From a plasmid, in the sequence record NZ_CP033968.1: DNA of 64,000 nucleotides, one strand, 5' to 3'. Both the position numbers and the translations under genes were made by a program. Under the pieces are notes generated by a model that had not been told where the DNA came from, did no database searches, and saw nothing but the letters and a program-made list of their open reading frames with translations. Below, in pieces: positions 59,038-64,000 of this stretch. Every line of letters begins with the position of its first letter. The stretch's first letter is position 1.

Positions 59038-60828
59038 ATGGATCAAACTCAGCCGCGCGTATCTATGCGCCATCTGCATTTGTACGCGCATTTGCTGCTG
59101 GCAGAGGCCAAGCAAAACGGAAAATCGGTCCGACTCGAGTGGGCGAACATCCCCACCGCGTCGATTGGCCCTGATCCGGCAAATCCGGGAGGTCTGGTAC
59201 TGCGGCTGTCGCAAATGGCAGCGGTCGGTACCGAAGAGGATGCGACCCTACTGCGGGCACTGATCTCTCATGAGATCGTCTGCCACGGCCACCACACGGA
59301 CTTCACCGTAGTTCCGCCCAGCAATCTCGCGGGTCAACTGGCCAACATCCTTGAAGACCCCCGCGGCGAGCTACTTGGCGCCAAGAAGTTTCCCGGGTCA
59401 AAGAAGGTGATACGCGAGGGGATTGAGATTCTGGTCGATCGCAAGGTCTTCCAGGGGCCTCAAGACAGTAGCGATACACCCGCCGCGGTCCTGGCCGGTT
59501 GGCTCGTAACTGAATTGCGCTCGGAGCTCCTAGACCAGGACTGCCTTCGTCAATTCGCCACCGACTTCCGGGCCCGTGCCATCAAGCATTTCGGCACGAA
59601 GCTGACCGGCCAGGTCAAAGCCGTTGCGTTGCAAGGCGCGACAGCACGCGATACTCAAGGTGCGATTCAAGCTAGCATCCGCATCCTCGAGCTGCTGAAG
59701 CTTGCAGCGGATAACAAGCCTGACTCTCAAGGTGGGGAACAACAATCCGGCTCGCCGCAAGACAACCAAGATGCCGGCGATCCCTCCGGGCAGACATCTG
59801 GCCAACAAGACTCAGAGGACGGTTCCGAGCCGGGAGGCTATGAACCTTCTCACAATGAGCTGGCCGAGGCCGTCAATGCCGTTCTGACAGCAAGCCCCGG
59901 TGACCTGGGCAGCTATGGCAAGGGGCTCGAAGAAGTACTCAGCGAGGCCAACGAAGCGATCCAGGAAGCCCAAAGCGCCGGAGGTAGCAGTCATACGTCA
60001 GAGTTGAACGAGCACAGCGCCCCTGCCAATGGTGGCTCATTGGAGAACCGCTCGCGTTTACGTTCTGCTGCGAGGACTACAGCTTCGGCATTGTCCCTGC
60101 GGTTGCAGGACCTTCTTGAGGCCTTCGCCGCCGCCACGCGTCGGAGTTGCTCGAGCGGTAAGCTTCGTTCAAATCGGGTGTGGCGAGTGCCGCTGGGTGA
60201 TACCCAAGTGTTCCGTCACAAGACCCGACACGACGAGCTGGACACTTGTGTCTATCTTCTCGGCGATGAATCCGGCTCAATGGATGAACCCTTTGACTCG
60301 GAGCGAGCTCCGCATCTCCACGCTGCGGCGCACAAGCCATCGGCTCAAGATCAGATCCAGGCCCACAAGGTCGATCGCAAGGACGCTGCTGGCCGGGTCA
60401 TTGTTGCAGCAGGGGAGGTGCTTGACGGCGCTGACATTCCCTTCGGCTTGGCGACCTATAGCGAATCGGTTCGCGAGTGGAAAGGCTTCGAGGGTGACTG
60501 GTCGTCTACGCTTCAGCGGTTCCGCCCTGAAGCCACCGGTAGCACCAACACGCATCTCGCAGTCGTATGGGCGCTCAGGAAGTTCATTGGGCGTAGCGAA
60601 GCGCGAAAGGTGCTGACCGTGGTCACCGATGGTGATCCAGGCGATCGAGACATCCTTGAGGCCGCGCTTCGCGAAGCTGCGCAGTTCGGTGTTGAGGTGC
60701 GATTCGTCCTGATCGGCGCGGAGCACGTGGCTAAATTCCACGGTCTCTCCGCTACCTACGGTGTGGCGAACAACGTCCGTGAGCTTGCAACTGCTGTCTT
60801 CAGTTCTCTCGAAGCTGCAATTTGCTAA
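59038..60828 (+). CDS. CobT-like protein with C-terminal von Willebrand factor A domain
   Basis: Acidic Gln/Asp/Ser-rich central region and a C-terminal VWA domain with a MIDAS motif (LLGDESGSM). Confidence 0.7.
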   Translation: MDQTQPRVSMRHLHLYAHLLLAEAKQNGKSVRLEWANIPTASIGPDPANPGGLVLRLSQMAAVGTEEDATLLRALISHEIVCHGHHTDFTVVPPSNLAGQLANILEDPRGELLGAKKFPGSKKVIREGIEILVDRKVFQGPQDSSDTPAAVLAGWLVTELRSELLDQDCLRQFATDFRARAIKHFGTKLTGQVKAVALQGATARDTQGAIQASIRILELLKLAADNKPDSQGGEQQSGSPQDNQDAGDPSGQTSGQQDSEDGSEPGGYEPSHNELAEAVNAVLTASPGDLGSYGKGLEEVLSEANEAIQEAQSAGGSSHTSELNEHSAPANGGSLENRSRLRSAARTTASALSLRLQDLLEAFAAATRRSCSSGKLRSNRVWRVPLGDTQVFRHKTRHDELDTCVYLLGDESGSMDEPFDSERAPHLHAAAHKPSAQDQIQAHKVDRKDAAGRVIVAAGEVLDGADIPFGLATYSESVREWKGFEGDWSSTLQRFRPEATGSTNTHLAVVWALRKFIGRSEARKVLTVVTDGDPGDRDILEAALREAAQFGVEVRFVLIGAEHVAKFHGLSATYGVANNVRELATAVFSSLEAAIC

Positions 60829-60836
60829 TCCCACAG

Positions 60837-60870
60837 CCCCAGTGACTTCTGTCCTGGGGCTTTTTCTTTG
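60837..60870 (+). terminator. possible rho-independent terminator / attenuator
   Basis: CCCCAG-tgacttctgtc-CTGGGG hairpin followed by CTTTTTCTTTG. Confidence 0.5.
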
Positions 60871-60997
60871 GCCGACGGCTGCCGACACAGTAAGGCGCGA
60901 TCGACGCGAGCGTTTGTCTGACTTCCAGTCCTCTGTGACTCATATCTGAGCGCCAGGCCTTTGCAAGAGGCCGTCAAACCCACCTCTCAGGAGAAAC

Positions 60998-62113
60998 ATG
61001 ATGGAAGCAGCAGCAATTGAAAGAAAGTCGATCGACGCAGTCTTCGGTGTTGATGGCGGCGCTTTCCGCGCTCACGGCTCGCAATCGACGACCACCATCC
61101 GTGTCTTCGCAGCCAACGACGACACACCAGACGTCATTGAAGGTTTTGCATTCCAGCCCGATACCCTCCGCCGAATCCTCGTCTGGATGGCGTCGGGAGC
61201 CCTGCCGAACAACTTCACCAAGGCGACGATGAAGCGCAACCTGTTGATCTACGGACCGACAGGATGTGGCAAAACGGCACTGATCTCGCAGGTTTGTGCT
61301 CGGACGGGACGATCCATGTTCCGCTACCAGTGCAGTGAAGACTCCGAGGCAACCCAGCTCTTCGGCACGTACAAGCTCTGCAAAGTGCCGCAGAATGCGG
61401 AACGGCAGGAAGTGGAAGCCGAAGCGTCTGCAGCACCTCAACAGGCGTCGGCTCTCTCGGCGACCCCTGAAATGGTGTTCGTGGATGGTCCGGTTCTCCG
61501 CTGGGCGCGCACGCCGAACTCGATTCTTCTGCTTGACGAGTTCGACCAGCTTCCGCCATCGGTTGCAATGAGCATGAACGGAGTCCTGGACGGTGACGAC
61601 ATTCTTGTTCCGGAGACGGGGGAGCGAGTCAAGATCGCAGCCGGTTGTCTGATTGTGGCCACTGGCAACACCAACGGACGAGGTTCGGCTGGCGGCAACG
61701 GCGGCTCCGCGTCACTCTACAAAGGTGTGAAGCGACAGAACATCGCCAGCCTTGACCGATTCTTCGTTGTCAATGCCACGTACCTGTCCGTCGAGGAAGA
61801 GATTGCACTTCTTCAGGACCAGGTCGGCATGCCGGAGACGGCGGCAACGGCAATGGCGAAGTTGGCCAGCAGCTTGCGTAGCCGGTTTGTTGGGCTCAAT
61901 GAGGATGCTGGTGCCAATGGGGAACCGCTCGAGTTCACCATCACCACTCGCAACCTCTTGAACTGGGGTCTGACGCACCGCCTGCTTATGGCAACGGGCC
62001 TGGACAGCACCAACGCATTCAAGGAAGGGCTTAGCATGACGCTGCTCGACTTCGGTACGGGCGCAGAACGCAAAGCAGTCCTCGACGCATGGGAGAACAT
62101 CATCGGCGAGTAG
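60998..62113 (+). CDS. CobS/MoxR-like AAA+ ATPase
   Basis: Walker A GPTGCGKT, Walker B LLLDEFD and a sensor region. RBS CAGGAGAAACATG. Confidence 0.75.
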   Translation: MMEAAAIERKSIDAVFGVDGGAFRAHGSQSTTTIRVFAANDDTPDVIEGFAFQPDTLRRILVWMASGALPNNFTKATMKRNLLIYGPTGCGKTALISQVCARTGRSMFRYQCSEDSEATQLFGTYKLCKVPQNAERQEVEAEASAAPQQASALSATPEMVFVDGPVLRWARTPNSILLLDEFDQLPPSVAMSMNGVLDGDDILVPETGERVKIAAGCLIVATGNTNGRGSAGGNGGSASLYKGVKRQNIASLDRFFVVNATYLSVEEEIALLQDQVGMPETAATAMAKLASSLRSRFVGLNEDAGANGEPLEFTITTRNLLNWGLTHRLLMATGLDSTNAFKEGLSMTLLDFGTGAERKAVLDAWENIIGE

Positions 62114-62124
62114 CTCCAGATCAA

Positions 62125-62168
62125 CCCCACGACACCCTCGGCTTTGCTGGGGGTGTTTTTCTTTTGTG
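62125..62168 (+). terminator. rho-independent terminator
   Basis: CCCCA...TGGGG hairpin followed by TGTTTTTCTTTTGTGG. Confidence 0.55.
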
Positions 62169-62279
62169 GACACTTCGATCGAGCGGAAAAGAAAAACCCC
62201 CTCAGGTGAGCATAGTCACATGAGGGGGGTGGTTGGGCGCTTCTCTTTGGGGAGGACAAGTTATTGATATTGGCCTCCG

Positions 62280-62399
62280 TTACTGGACCACACGAGATTG
62301 TCCCTCGCGCGATTTTCGCTTTACAGTAATTCCGACATAGCATGTCAACAGGGCGAGGCCTGTGATCAGGCCTGCCAGTAGTATCTGCGCAGCACTCAT
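62280..62399 (-). CDS. possible 39-aa hydrophobic peptide
   Basis: Short ORF MSAAQILLAGLITGLALLTCYVGITVKRKSREGQSRVVQ with a single transmembrane helix. Confidence 0.25.
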   Translation of the reverse strand: MSAAQILLAGLITGLALLTCYVGITVKRKSREGQSRVVQ

Positions 62400-62432
62400 T
62401 TCCTATTCCCCAAGAGTACGCTGACTACGTTA

Positions 62433-62645
62433 CTACTCGTCGTCCTTCAACAGCCACAACGCTACAGCGTTGAAGCCGACGAAGAGGACGCTTCCGAGCA
62501 CCGCAAACACAACGTCGGAAGAGGTAAGGGCTGCCCCCTTGACCATCTTTTCTGCGGCACCAAAGCCAAACAGACCGAACGTTGCGAAAGACAGGTTCTT
62601 CAGCAAGTCAGCGAGAAAGCCCAGTACAGCACGGTTTTTCGCCAT
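62433..62645 (-). CDS. small membrane protein (70 aa)
   Basis: RBS AAGGAAGGCTCCATCATG. Two hydrophobic segments. Confidence 0.4.
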   Translation of the reverse strand: MAKNRAVLGFLADLLKNLSFATFGLFGFGAAEKMVKGAALTSSDVVFAVLGSVLFVGFNAVALWLLKDDE

Positions 62646-62917
62646 GATGGAGCCTTCCTTGTTGATACAAATGTCTTCCCGCGAGACGGTTACGCATAAA
62701 CACCTAGCGACGGGTTGTGTAGCTTTCGGCCGCACACACCTAGGTTTCTCTTTGCGGGTGAGAGATGGTGAACAGCCGTCGATAATCTTTCGGTAGCCAG
62801 TACGCAAGCTGCAGCGCAGCCGCGCCGGCGCCGCCGCGGTATTCCGACGCAGGATCGGAGCGGCAAAAGAACAGCCCCTCGCTGGCGAACCAGGAGGGGC
62901 TTGAGGGGGATGTTTGA

Positions 62918-63526
62918 TCAGGCGTACTTCGCAGCTTTGGCAGCAAACGCAGCTCGCCCCGTTTCGGAGTGCCAAGTACCGCGTTCGAGGAGTTCCGCGG
63001 CTCCAGCTGCAGTGCTGCTCTGAAGCCACCCGCAATGCTTGCAAGCGAAGTCGGGCTTGCCCGGTTCAGAAACGGCGACCTGGGTGAACTCGCGCTCCGC
63101 GAAGTCTTCGTCCGCGCACGCCATCGTTATGGTGGCCCCGCGCGTGTCGACTCGCGTTGTTTCGGCCGCCAGTTGATGGACCAGAGATCGAACAAGTTCC
63201 GCTTCGCTGGCCATACTGATCCCCGCAATGCCCAAGCGCTGCTCGTCAGCACTCGTTGTACTGAACATGTACCGGATCTCGCTCCCGTGCTTGAAGCAGG
63301 ACACGAAGAACTGCCCTTGCCTTTCATCCGTTACAACAAACGCGAACGGCTGGCGATCAATGCCTAACAACAGGATGCCGTTCGGCCTCCGCTGATAGAA
63401 ACCAGCCTGGCCCCCGACGGGCTCGGCCTGCAACGCACCGTATTGGCGTCCATTCAAGTCAAGGGCAGGGGAGGGGCCACCAATGCCGGCCTTCTGCTGC
63501 GTAGCTGTGCGAGCGCATTCGTCCAT
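62918..63526 (-). CDS. hypothetical protein, 202 aa
   Basis: Strong RBS AAAGGAGAAACCATG. C-terminal CKHCG motif. Confidence 0.5.
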   Translation of the reverse strand: MDECARTATQQKAGIGGPSPALDLNGRQYGALQAEPVGGQAGFYQRRPNGILLLGIDRQPFAFVVTDERQGQFFVSCFKHGSEIRYMFSTTSADEQRLGIAGISMASEAELVRSLVHQLAAETTRVDTRGATITMACADEDFAEREFTQVAVSEPGKPDFACKHCGWLQSSTAAGAAELLERGTWHSETGRAAFAAKAAKYA

Positions 63527-63755
63527 GGTTTCTCCTTTGAAATGTGAAGAGTTACTGATGTCCGGGAATGCGTAACACGGCTCTAGAACGCGATTCGTCT
63601 GGCCAGAAACGTCCTCCTACCCCCCCACCACCTGCAACGACCATCGACAACAAACCCTCGCTAGTTGCGACCGTCAGTTACTTCCCCCTGTCCGGCATAT
63701 CGAAGAGCCAGGCCTGTGCAAGGGGCCTGTTTCGTCTAACTTCAGGAGATACACA

Positions 63756-64000
63756 TGAACCAAGCAACGACGGTGGCTAGCAGCCAGATGGCGATTCTGA
63801 AAGATGTCGTCCTGTTTGACTTCATCATCGGAGGCAGCACCGGAGAGAAAACGGTCGAGGCGGATGATTTCATCCGTGAGGTCGGCAAGATGCTCCCGCG
63901 AGGTTCTTTTTCGTGGGTTTCGAAATACCGTTCGGAAGCGAAGCGAGAGATCCTGAAAGTTGGCGTCGCTCGCCGCATTCACAACCGTGTGCGTGGCTAC
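63756..64000 (+). CDS. hypothetical protein (5-prime partial, continues beyond window)
   Basis: RBS CAGGAGATACACATG. The ORF runs to the window end. Confidence 0.45.

Overview
This is a high-GC accessory region of Burkholderiales-like character, read from sequence and protein motifs only. It has three parts.

- **1-9.0 kb, minus strand:** an orphan type VI secretion auxiliary module. It carries vgrG, a DUF4123 adaptor, a DUF3304 lipoprotein and a Tle1-family (DUF2235, GxSxG) phospholipase effector, then a few small hypothetical genes.
- **About 9.6-12.9 kb:** a single-gene Tn3-family insertion sequence (IS1071-like) with a roughly 1000-aa tnpA and imperfect terminal inverted repeats. It appears to split a secreted-protein gene.
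- **13.3 kb to the end:** part of a conjugative element (ICE or plasmid; no integrase or relaxase in the window) with an F/H-type (MPF-F, SXT/IncH-like) type IV secretion system in scrambled order.
  - The T4SS genes are dsbC, traW, traU, trbC, coupling protein traD, traL-E-K-B-V-pilin-traC, a trhF-like signal peptidase, traF, traH, traG and traN.
  - DNA-metabolism cargo interleaved with these: SSB, RdgC, a Rad52-like annealing protein, a CHC2/Toprim primase and a RecG-like helicase.
  - Other cargo:
    - an orphan C5-cytosine methyltransferase with an N-terminal extension;
    - a DUF882 Tat peptidase;
    - a lytic transglycosylase;
    - a Sel1-repeat protein;
    - a DsbA-like protein;
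    - a PilB/GspE-family ATPase with unusual C-terminal MshEN-like motifs;
    - a class II (B12-dependent) ribonucleotide reductase NrdJ;
    - a CobT-like VWA / CobS-like AAA+ pair.

The best candidate for an undescribed system is the terminator-bounded four-gene operon at 56.3-62.1 kb (RecG-like helicase, HTH protein, CobT-like VWA, CobS-like AAA+).

A 17-nt motif (TATCGGTACGYGTTAT) recurs upstream of several transfer operons. No rRNA, tRNA or CRISPR array was recognised.
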